From assembly GCA_013002345.1 (NCBI GenBank), contig JABDKH010000196.1, positions 5,160-69,159 on the forward strand: DNA of 64,000 nucleotides, given 5' to 3'. Below are positions 10,333-17,657 of this stretch, piece after piece. Under the pieces are notes generated by a model. That model was not told the DNA's origin. It made no database searches and was given only the letters and a program-made list of their open reading frames with translations. The position numbers were made by a program, and so were the translations under genes. The DNA comes from Rhodothermales bacterium (GTDB lineage: Bacteria > Bacteroidota > Rhodothermia > Rhodothermales > JABDKH01). Numbering within the stretch: position 1 is the stretch's first letter; the number at the start of each line of letters is the position of its first letter.

Positions 10333-10359
10333 TTATCGGCCTCTGAAAGGGTCCGTTAA
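10333..10359 (-). promoter_or_regulatory. Candidate sigma-28 (FliA-type) promoter: TTAAC-N14-GCCGATAA
   Basis: The minus strand reads cTTAACggaccctttcagagGCCGATAAcgaac. Exact -10 octamer, and the same -35-like pentamer and spacing as 2458-2484. Lies 68 nt upstream of ATG 10265. Confidence 0.45.
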
Positions 10360-10469
10360 GGGATTGCAGGCCCCCTATTTTCGGAGTCGTGACCGCGACG
10401 TCGGATCGGCCACACGAAATGCCGCCACCGGCCGCACGATATCCTCGTGATCGGAAGCTCTTTCAGGTT

Positions 10470-10488
10470 CGTGGAATCGATTTCCACG
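10470..10488. promoter_or_regulatory. Perfect inverted repeat CGTGGAA-N5-TTCCACG (candidate enhancer/UAS for the sigma-54 activator)
   Basis: Read directly from the sequence. Lies about 170-185 nt upstream of the sigma-54-like promoter at 10656, the usual distance range for bEBP binding sites. Confidence 0.35.
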
Positions 10489-10655
10489 TGACAGCGCTGT
10501 TTGTTGAAGAGGAGGACTCTGGATTGACAACATCCTTACGTACAAGGACAGTTCCTGTGATGCTTTTTAAATAAGTGTGATACAAGTGGTTATAGATAAT
10601 TAGTAATGTAAAAATTGAAGTCTACCGAATCGCTGATCTCGTCGCCGCCACACCT

Positions 10656-10671
10656 TGGCGCGACACTTGCT
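10656..10671 (+). promoter_or_regulatory. Sigma-54 (-24/-12) promoter
   Basis: TGGCGC-gacac-TTGCT versus consensus TGGCAC-N5-TTGCW: one mismatch, correct GG-to-GC spacing (12 nt). An AT-rich tract (10555-10625) and the palindrome lie upstream. Confidence 0.6.
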
Positions 10672-10748
10672 TGCATGTGAGTAGCATTCCACCGGGTGCG
10701 TCGATCGTCACCAGATCACGCTCCCTTCCACTCTACCCGAGTATCGCC

Positions 10749-11585
10749 ATGATTCATCAGATTCGCGCCGCGTCGGCTCAGGCTTTCCTTGCCAACTACC
10801 GACTTCCCCACCGCACTTTCGCGCAGAAGGACCCGAACTTCCCGGTGATCGGCCCGATCTGGGACGCTATGAAAGAGGGCGACTACCGGATCGCAGCCGG
10901 CCTCGTCACCGCCGAACTCGAAGGCCAGAGGTTATTCAGCGCCGAGGAAAAGACGGCCATGATGGTCGCTCTCGCCAATGCAGAAGTACTGATGGGCAAG
11001 ACGGATCGCGCCAAAAAAACCGCAGGAAAGACGCTGGATCTGTTTCCAAACCAGTGGTCCGGCCATAGAGTCCTGATTCATGTTCTCCACCTGAAACAGG
11101 CCTACAAGGCCGCATACCTTCAACTGCGCAAGCTCGAGCCGGGCCCCGTGCCGCTGTGGGACTGCCCGATAGGAACCACCGAAAGACACACCGTCATGGC
11201 GGCCTGGTCCTGGCTGTTGGGCGAGTGGGAACGCGTCTCCACTCATCTGAAGAAAGCCTACCCAGACGGAATAGATTCGATGCCTGCTGAAATCCAGGAG
11301 GACTGGTTCAGGCTCTCGCTGTACCGCGGACGCCCACAGGACGCAGTCGCTGTCGCTTCGCTACTGATTGAGCAGCGCCCTGTCGACCTGGCCGATGAAC
11401 TGCTGCAGACGTTCGTCCAGAATGGTTGGACCAAGGAAGCACTTCCCCTCTATCGTGCCGCATACGAGAGCGCACCACAGAGCCAGCTGCTTCGACGACG
11501 TCTCGTCGCGCTATGCATACGCGAGGGTGAACTGGAGGAAGCGCGGGATCTCACGCGGCCCGGTGCCCTCGACCTGGCAGCATAG
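10749..11585 (+). CDS. Hypothetical all-helical (TPR-like) protein, putative sigma-54-dependent
   Basis: Clean ORF with no signal peptide or TM. Repeated helical pairs (…AMMVALANAEVLMGKTDRAKKTAGKTLDLFP…, …ALPLYRAAYESAPQSQLLRRRLVALCIREGELEEARDL). Start set at the first ATG downstream of the sigma-54 promoter, which overlaps the ORF-track TTG start at 10671. Confidence 0.6.
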   Translation: MIHQIRAASAQAFLANYRLPHRTFAQKDPNFPVIGPIWDAMKEGDYRIAAGLVTAELEGQRLFSAEEKTAMMVALANAEVLMGKTDRAKKTAGKTLDLFPNQWSGHRVLIHVLHLKQAYKAAYLQLRKLEPGPVPLWDCPIGTTERHTVMAAWSWLLGEWERVSTHLKKAYPDGIDSMPAEIQEDWFRLSLYRGRPQDAVAVASLLIEQRPVDLADELLQTFVQNGWTKEALPLYRAAYESAPQSQLLRRRLVALCIREGELEEARDLTRPGALDLAA

Positions 11586-11695
11586 GGAACGAGAACCGAC
11601 GACTGTGCGCTGCTACCTGCGTGCCCGTAGCACGCACCGGAAGATTTTTCCGGAAGATCTTTAAGTCGCGAAGCCGAACTGGCGATAAGAACATT

Positions 11696-11838
11696 GTCAG
11701 CGGCATGCGACCCCGGTCGATAGATCGGGAAATCCCACGGGAAAGGTTCTGGCGATAATGGTTCCCCTGGGTAACGGACGGAATGGCGAACCGTCCCTCA
11801 GCGGCCTTCAGGTTACCTGGAGGCCGCTGTTTCTTTTT
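11696..11838 (+). ncRNA. Candidate small RNA (promoter-like element to intrinsic terminator), function unknown
   Basis: TTAAG-N15-GGCGATAA (11661-11688, a weaker version of the sigma-28-like motif) lies upstream. Internal hairpin GGACGG-aatggcgaa-CCGTCC (11776-11796). Strong terminator at 11799-11838. No ORF of 60 aa or more on this strand. Confidence 0.25.
11799..11838 (+). terminator. Rho-independent terminator
   Basis: CAGCGGCCT-tcaggttacctgg-AGGCCGCTG (perfect 9-bp stem) followed by TTTCTTTTT. No T-tract in the opposite orientation. Confidence 0.6.
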
Positions 11839-11863
11839 GCGAGAATCGGACTTCCGTGCTTCG

Positions 11864-12094
11864 CTACGCGGCCTTTCGGACGTCCGGCTCTGAATCGGGA
11901 TCTGCCCGCAGCTCAACGATAGTCAGCGTGGTGTCGCCAGAATCATCAAGGTCATCCGGCCGCTCCGAAGCAAGCTGGACAACGTGAGACGCATCGGCGA
12001 TGAACTCCGATTTCAAGGCGTTCAGCTGTACAACCTGCGACGCAGGTTCGGCCGGCGGGCACGCTTTGCGATTCGATTCCAATGGTTCCTTCAT
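11864..12094 (-). CDS. Small acidic hypothetical protein (76 aa)
   Basis: MKEPLESNRKACPPAEPASQVVQLNALKSEFIADASHVVQLASERPDDLDDSGDTTLTIVELRADPDSEPDVRKAA. Lies downstream of, and co-directional with, the sigma-54 activator gene. Codon third-position GC resembles neighbouring genes. No recognisable family. Confidence 0.3.
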   Translation of the reverse strand: MKEPLESNRKACPPAEPASQVVQLNALKSEFIADASHVVQLASERPDDLDDSGDTTLTIVELRADPDSEPDVRKAA

Positions 12095-12323
12095 GGTCGT
12101 TCCATGCCGGTATGGGTGGCATGTCACTCCGACGCCGTAATCGTGCCAAACGCACAGCCGCACCTGTATCGTTCGTCGCAGATCTGACCCTGGAGCCTCT
12201 CGAAAAGCCAGAAAGAGCGATTCTGGCAGCCGAGTCGATGGCAGAGGCCATGCAGCTCGCGGACGATGAAGCGGTCGTTCGCGGCAAGCGTTTCCGGAAA
12301 GATGAGGGTTGCCCCCCAGCGGT

Positions 12324-13712
12324 CTACGAGATCAACCCGTCTTCGCGGTACTTCTTGAGCTTGTTTCGGATTGTGCGAGCGCTGATGCCCAGCTTCTGTG
12401 CCGCCAGCTGCTGATTGTTGTTCGTCTCCGACAGGGTTCGCAGGATCATGTGCCGTTCCATCTCCTCGATGGTCTCGATATTAACAGGAGCGTCCGCCCC
12501 GTCACCTCCGGCGACCAGGTCGGCGTCTATGAAGAAGCTGTCGAATACGTCAGTCTTTTCGACGGTGGTTCGCTCCGCGGAGAGCAATACACCTCGCTGC
12601 ACCATGTTCTCAAGTTGGCGCACGTTCCCGGGCCATGAGTAGGTCATGAATTGATCCAGAAGCTCCTTCGAGACCTGCTTCGATGGCAGTCCGTAGAGCT
12701 CGCAGTACTTGACCACGAAGTGTTTCGTCAGAACCGGCACGTCCGACATGCGGTCCCTGAGCGGAACGCCGTTTACCGGAAAGACAGAAATCCGGAAGTA
12801 CAGATCCTCGCGGAAATCGCCCTCGCGAATAGACTCGGACAGGTTCCGGTTGCTGGTCGCGATCACGCGCACATCAACCTTTTGAGGTTCAGAGGCACCG
12901 ACCTTCATGAACTCGTTCTCCTGGAGGACCCTGAGGAGCTTCGCCTGGGTCGGCAGATCGATCTCTGTGATTTCGTCCAGCAAAAGCGTCCCCTTGTCTG
13001 CTTTCTCAAACGCACCGACCATATCATCGATTGCTCCCGTGAACGCACCTTTTCGATGACCGAAGAGATGGCTTTCAACCAGCTCGCGAGGCAAGTTGGC
13101 GCAGTTTACGGCGATAAACGGCCCGGAGGCACGGTCACTGCTCTCGTGGATCAACCGCGCCAGAATCTCTTTGCCAGTTCCGCTTTCACCCTGGATAAAA
13201 ACCGGCGCGGCGTTCTGACTCACTTTCGGTATGACCTCCAGAAGCCGGGCAACGGACGGATGCTCTCCGATGAACTGAACGGTGGGTGCCGATCTCTTGC
13301 GCGCCGACGGGCTCTCGGCAGCCGCCCGCGGCGCTGCCTGCGTCTTCCTCTTCAGGACGTCCTGAATCCGTTCAACGACGAGAGACGGCTGAAACGGCTT
13401 CGCAATGTAGTCCACGGCTCCGGACCGCATGGTGCGCACGGCGTGCTGCACGTTCGCATGAGCAGTGATCATGATCACACCGAGATCAGGGTAATTCTGA
13501 CGAATGTGCGCAAGCAGCTCGAGGCCGTCCATGTCCGGCATCATGAAGTCAGTCACGACCAGGTCGAAGTTCTCTGTCTTCAAATGCTCCACGGCCTTGA
13601 CGGCACTGGAGCAACATGTCACGCTCATGTCGTGACGAGCCACAAGACGTTCAAACATCTTGTGAAGCATCACCTCGTCGTCGACGAAGAGGATGTGTGG
13701 AGTGTGGTCCAT
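12324..13712 (-). CDS. Sigma-54-dependent response regulator (NtrC/PilR class: REC + AAA+ + Fis-type HTH)
   Basis: REC domain (ILFVDDE…DLVVTDFMMPDMDG…KPF); AAA+ with GESGTGKE, the GAFTGA loop and ATSNRNL; C-terminal HTH QQLAAQKLGISARTIRNKLKKY. No sensor kinase gene adjacent. Confidence 0.93.
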   Translation of the reverse strand: MDHTPHILFVDDEVMLHKMFERLVARHDMSVTCCSSAVKAVEHLKTENFDLVVTDFMMPDMDGLELLAHIRQNYPDLGVIMITAHANVQHAVRTMRSGAVDYIAKPFQPSLVVERIQDVLKRKTQAAPRAAAESPSARKRSAPTVQFIGEHPSVARLLEVIPKVSQNAAPVFIQGESGTGKEILARLIHESSDRASGPFIAVNCANLPRELVESHLFGHRKGAFTGAIDDMVGAFEKADKGTLLLDEITEIDLPTQAKLLRVLQENEFMKVGASEPQKVDVRVIATSNRNLSESIREGDFREDLYFRISVFPVNGVPLRDRMSDVPVLTKHFVVKYCELYGLPSKQVSKELLDQFMTYSWPGNVRQLENMVQRGVLLSAERTTVEKTDVFDSFFIDADLVAGGDGADAPVNIETIEEMERHMILRTLSETNNNQQLAAQKLGISARTIRNKLKKYREDGLIS

Positions 13713-14130
13713 TGATCTCAGATTCCGGCAGCAATCACGGGTGGGTTGATGTCGAAGATACTAACTATCTCGACAGCTATGATGTCCATCCGCTAGCGGC
13801 CGGCTCAAACTCATCCTGTCCGAACCGCCCCGTCGAGAGAGGGGCTAGCGGTCGTCCGACCGACTATTCAGCGTTGCCCGGAGGCATCTTTGGGTCATCG
13901 TGCGGTAGGATTTTCCGAACGATTGCCCTGGTCCTAAGCGCAAGTCATTGAGATGGGCCACGTGCGCAACGTGCAACTCAAACGTGTGGAAGGGCGCGTC
14001 GCAGCATGTGCCCGCCGGATACGAGCGGCAATCTAACAGGCCCTCATGAGCTGAAATCCCTGTTTTTTGGCTGACCATTGCCGTCCGCCGGACGCGATCG
14101 ATCGAACCGTTTATGTCAATCTGGCGAACG

Positions 14131-14138
14131 GCCGATAA
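14131..14138 (+). promoter_or_regulatory. Exact sigma-28 -10 octamer GCCGATAA upstream of the small-membrane-protein/fliA operon (no good -35)
   Basis: cgaacgGCCGATAAcg, 99 nt upstream of ATG 14237. The -35 position reads TATG/TTAT, not TTAAC/TAAA. Confidence 0.25.
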
Positions 14139-14174
14139 CGATAAAGTTGACGCATGCACCAGCTCTTCCGTCAC

Positions 14175-14189
14175 TGGCATCAATCTTGG
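14175..14189 (+). promoter_or_regulatory. Imperfect sigma-54-like element TGGCAT-N5-TTGG
   Basis: Correct 12-nt -24/-12 register, but the -12 element is GG rather than GC. Lies 48 nt upstream of ATG 14237 and is divergent from the sigma-54 activator gene. Confidence 0.25.
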
Positions 14190-14236
14190 ATTGCTTGCGC
14201 TCGCACTACCCAGGCATCCAACCCATCGGTCCTACC

Positions 14237-14491
14237 ATGCGCGTTCTAACGCTTCAGTTCAGTGTCCTCATCGGGGTCCTGACATTTGTGAGCCAGATTA
14301 CAAGCGGGATGGCACTCGAATCGTCGATGCTGCGCGGCCTTGCCACGGCATCCGCCATCTTCCTCGTCATGCTGCTGGGTGACCTCGCAATTCAGGCCGT
14401 TGTTCGGTCGCATTCACCGGCACAAGCTTCGTCCGCCCGGCCGGTCCCCAATCGAGACAGCGGAGATCAAAGCGACGCGCTCGCTGCCTAG
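14237..14491 (+). CDS. Small membrane protein (84 aa, two predicted TM helices)
   Basis: MRVLTLQFSVLIGVLTFVSQITSG…ATASAIFLVMLLGDLAIQAVV, then a polar tail. Lies immediately upstream of the FliA-family gene on the same strand. Confidence 0.45.
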   Translation: MRVLTLQFSVLIGVLTFVSQITSGMALESSMLRGLATASAIFLVMLLGDLAIQAVVRSHSPAQASSARPVPNRDSGDQSDALAA

Positions 14492-14552
14492 ACACCCGCC
14501 TCTCGCATCGCCAGTCATCGCCACATTACAACTGTTGATTCGCATGTCGCAA

Positions 14553-15305
14553 GATCTACAGAGTCTCGCCGTTCTCTACGCCCGCGATACATCCCCTTCG
14601 AACCGTGAAGCCGTCGTCGTCGCAGCGGTTCCACTCGTAAGGTCAGTCGTTGGTCGACTCAGCGTGCCCGATCATCCTCTGGCGGCACGCGAGGACCTGG
14701 AAAACGTCGGCCTGCTGGGACTGTTGCAGGCCCTGAACGGCTACGATCCCGATCGCGGGACACCGTTCGTTTCCTATGCCTACGGTCGCATCCGCGGAGC
14801 GCTCGTAGACTATCTCAGATCCATCGATGCCCTTCCGCGAGAACGCCGAAGGAAGCTGGCGCAGGCACAGCGGGCCATCGACATTCTGAGGCAAAAGAAG
14901 GCCGGTGAGCCGACCGACCACGAAGTCGCCGACTATCTTGAAATGACACTTGTGGAATACCACACGCTCCTACGGGACGCCCAGTGCCGCTTCGCTCTGT
15001 CGCTCCACGCACCCACGGACAGCGACGGTGAACAAACAGTCCTCGAGACAATTCCCAACGAAGAGACGCTCAAGGCTTTTGAGCGCATCGATACCAACTC
15101 GCTCCATCGGTACATTGGAACGCTCGTCAAGGAGCTGCCGGAACGGGAGCAAACGATCCTGGCCCTGTACTACTACGAAAGCCTGACGCTCAGGGAAATC
15201 GCCGCCCTGCTAGACCTCACCGAAGCACGCATATCACAGATCCTCGGCAAGATCCTGAAAACACTCCGTGCCCAGCTCGCCAAGACGCACGCACGCGCCG
15301 CCTGA
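14553..15305 (+). CDS. fliA: FliA/WhiG (sigma-28) family RNA polymerase sigma factor
   Basis: Strong colinearity with FliA: LENVGLLGLLQALNGYDPDRGTPFVSYAYGRIRGALVDYLRS (regions 2.1-2.4) and LPEREQTILALYYYESLTLREIAALLDLTEARISQILGKILKTLRAQL (region 4). Start set at ATG 14553 (250 aa). Confidence 0.88.
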   Translation, partial: DLQSLAVLYARDTSPSNREAVVVAAVPLVRSVVGRLSVPDHPLAAREDLENVGLLGLLQALNGYDPDRGTPFVSYAYGRIRGALVDYLRSIDALPRERRRKLAQAQRAIDILRQKKAGEPTDHEVADYLEMTLVEYHTLLRDAQCRFALSLHAPTDSDGEQTVLETIPNEETLKAFERIDTNSLHRYIGTLVKELPEREQTILALYYYESLTLREIAALLDLTEARISQILGKILKTLRAQLAKTHARAA

Positions 15306-15526
15306 GACCACACCGACGTCCATTTCTCGTCCGCCTCCTCGGTGAGCGGCTTGCCGTTAAGCTTGTGCGAAGCCGCAAAACAATTGGGCTGATTGCCAGT
15401 ATATTTGTGTTTCCAGCCACCGGTCAGTAGCGAAACACGGCCCATCGACGCACAGCGTCAGATCGCAAATCGCATCCTGGACCCGGACCCACACAACAGC
15501 GATCCATTTTTCAGGTGATATAAGTC

Positions 15527-17614
15527 ATGGGACTCATGACCAAGATGCGGGACAACACGGGCGTTGTCCTCTGGATTCTGGTGATTGCGTTTGGCGTCAT
15601 CTTTATGCTCCAGGATACCAACGTCTTTGACGTTATCGGAGCAACGGGCAACATCATTGCCAAGGTGAACGGTCAGGACGTATCACTTGATGAATACAAC
15701 AATTACGTCAACAACCAGGTGGAGGCCTATCGACAGCGCACCGGCGAGTCGATTCCGCCTCAGATTCTGGATTCAGAACGAGAGCGAGTATTCAACGAGT
15801 TGGTCGACGATCGACTGCGCGAGCAAGAGATGAGCCGAATCGGAATCGTCGTCACAGATGACGAGGTGCGGCAGATGGTTCTTGGCGACAACCCGCACCA
15901 GATAATCCGTACGTTTTTCGGTGACGGTCAGGGAAACGTCGACCGGGCGGTGCTACGCAATTTTATTGAGAATCCAGATGCACGGGAGGACCTGATTCGA
16001 ATCGAGGATTATCTCCGAACCGAACGGCGGCGAGAGAAACTCGATCGCCTTATCGACGCGTCGGTGCGCGTCTCCGACCAGGACGTCCTCAGTGAGTACA
16101 TAAGCCAGAAGAAGCGCATTAACGTTCAGTATGTGGCTCTTCCGTACGCACTGGTGCCGGATTCCGCGATAACGGTGTCCGAGCGCGACATCAGGAAGTA
16201 CTACGACGAACATCTGTCGGACTACGAGCGCAAGCGCGCATATTCGCTGGTCTACGTCAGGAGCAGCAAGACGCCGACAAGTAGCGACTCTGCCGCGGTG
16301 ACGGAAGAGCTGGTCCGGCTGAAGCCTCGCTTCGAGGCCGCCGAGAATGACTCCCTTTTTCTGGCCCAGAATTTCTCGGAGACTCCGCTTTCCGATGCCT
16401 TTTTTGGCCGTGGTGACCTGGATGATGCCATTGCCGAGGCGGTCTTCCAATCCCCCCGGAAAGGCGACGTGCTTGGCCCGGTTGCAGCTGGTGGCAGCAT
16501 GCATCTCGTCAAGATACTGGATGTCAAGTCGGCGGATGACCCGTCCGTTCGTGCCCGTCACATCCTGATCAGGGCTGCCGAAGACGACAACGTTCAGCGA
16601 ACGGCCGCGAGGGAGCTCGCTCGATCTGTCATGGAACGCATTCGTGCGGGCGAGGATTTCGCCGCAGTTGCTCGCGCGATTTCAGACGACACCCAGTCAG
16701 CTCGGGACGGTGGTGACGTCGGATGGTTCAGTAAGGGTCGCATGGTGAAACCGTTTGAAGACGCCGCCTTCGCCGCTCGCGTCGGGCGTTTGATCGGCCC
16801 GGTCGAAACCCAGTTTGGATATCACGTCATCGAAGTGACGGGTCGAAGCACCGATGAAGTTCAGATTGCGGACTTCGCTCTGAAACTTGCGCCCAGTGTC
16901 GCGACGCTGACTCGCGTGGAAGAAAATCTGGACGACCTGAAGTTCTTTGCCGAGGAAGAGGGCGGTTTCCGAGCAGAGGCCGAACGAAGAGGGCTGACCG
17001 TTCAAACGGTTCAGGTAGAGGCAGACCAGCAGTTCATCCCTGGAATTGGAAACAGTCGGGCCTTGCTCAATTTCCTTGCTACGGCCTCCGTGTCGTCCAT
17101 CAGCCCGGTCGTGGAGCTGAACGACGATTTCATGGTCGCCGAGGTTACAGACATTCAGGAGGCTGGCTACCGGCCTCTGGCGGACGTTCGAGCTGAAATA
17201 GAACCGAGGGTTCGATTGGAGAAGAAGCGAGATGTTCAGCTGGCGAAGATGACCAACGCAAACGCATCTGGTCTTTCAGAGCTGGCGTCCGTTCTGTCAA
17301 CTACCGTCAGAACCGCCAATGGATTGACTATGTCTGAGCCCGTTGTCCCGGGCCTTGGCCGCGAGCCAAAGTTTGTGGGAACCACCTTTGGCCTCCAGCA
17401 GGGTCAAGTGTCACGCCCGGTCGCCGGACAGAATAACGCGTTCGTTATCGACGTCCTCAGTATCGCCGAGCCCCCGGAGATCACAGATGCCGAGAAGGAA
17501 CGCATTCGAAATCAGCTTCTGACGCAGAGACGATCACAGGTTCGTTCTCAGTGGCTAACGTCCATCCGTTCGAAGGCGGATGTGACCGACAATCGCCGAT
17601 TCTTCTTGCAGTAG
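15527..17614 (+). CDS. ppiD: Periplasmic chaperone/peptidyl-prolyl isomerase PpiD-like (SurA_N + parvulin domain)
   Basis: N-terminal anchor GVVLWILVIAFGVIFML; parvulin core RARHILIRA…GGDVGWFSKGRMVKPFEDAAF…GYHVIEV; 695 aa. Confidence 0.85.
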   Translation: MGLMTKMRDNTGVVLWILVIAFGVIFMLQDTNVFDVIGATGNIIAKVNGQDVSLDEYNNYVNNQVEAYRQRTGESIPPQILDSERERVFNELVDDRLREQEMSRIGIVVTDDEVRQMVLGDNPHQIIRTFFGDGQGNVDRAVLRNFIENPDAREDLIRIEDYLRTERRREKLDRLIDASVRVSDQDVLSEYISQKKRINVQYVALPYALVPDSAITVSERDIRKYYDEHLSDYERKRAYSLVYVRSSKTPTSSDSAAVTEELVRLKPRFEAAENDSLFLAQNFSETPLSDAFFGRGDLDDAIAEAVFQSPRKGDVLGPVAAGGSMHLVKILDVKSADDPSVRARHILIRAAEDDNVQRTAARELARSVMERIRAGEDFAAVARAISDDTQSARDGGDVGWFSKGRMVKPFEDAAFAARVGRLIGPVETQFGYHVIEVTGRSTDEVQIADFALKLAPSVATLTRVEENLDDLKFFAEEEGGFRAEAERRGLTVQTVQVEADQQFIPGIGNSRALLNFLATASVSSISPVVELNDDFMVAEVTDIQEAGYRPLADVRAEIEPRVRLEKKRDVQLAKMTNANASGLSELASVLSTTVRTANGLTMSEPVVPGLGREPKFVGTTFGLQQGQVSRPVAGQNNAFVIDVLSIAEPPEITDAEKERIRNQLLTQRRSQVRSQWLTSIRSKADVTDNRRFFLQ

Positions 17615-17657
17615 CTCCGCCCGTCTGTGCACGCCGCAGCTTCGTCTTGCGGGGGAT

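Noticed and set aside
10580-10592. IHF-like site ATACAAGTGGTTA in the AT-rich tract
   Set aside because: Two mismatches in the WATCAA core, so I do not call an IHF site. Only the AT-richness itself is reported.
11679-11691. 13-mer CTGGCGATAAGAA repeated at 37122..37134
   Set aside because: The second copy lies in-frame inside the permease gene (LLAIRNR). There is no flanking similarity, so I treat it as coincidence rather than a dispersed repeat.
12651-13715. 354-aa plus-strand ORF
   Set aside because: Antisense to the sigma-54 response regulator, whose REC/AAA+/HTH motifs are unambiguous. This is a typical high-GC shadow ORF.
14068-14081. Sigma-54-like TGGCTG-acca-TTGC
   Set aside because: GG-to-GC spacing is 11 rather than 12 nt. 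The -24/-12 register is essentially invariant in functional sigma-54 promoters.
14142-14149. TAAAGTTG, 7/8 match to the E. coli sigma-28 -35 element
   Set aside because: The sequence 11 nt downstream (agctcttc) does not resemble GCCGATAA, so it is not a stand-alone promoter. It is mentioned only as context.
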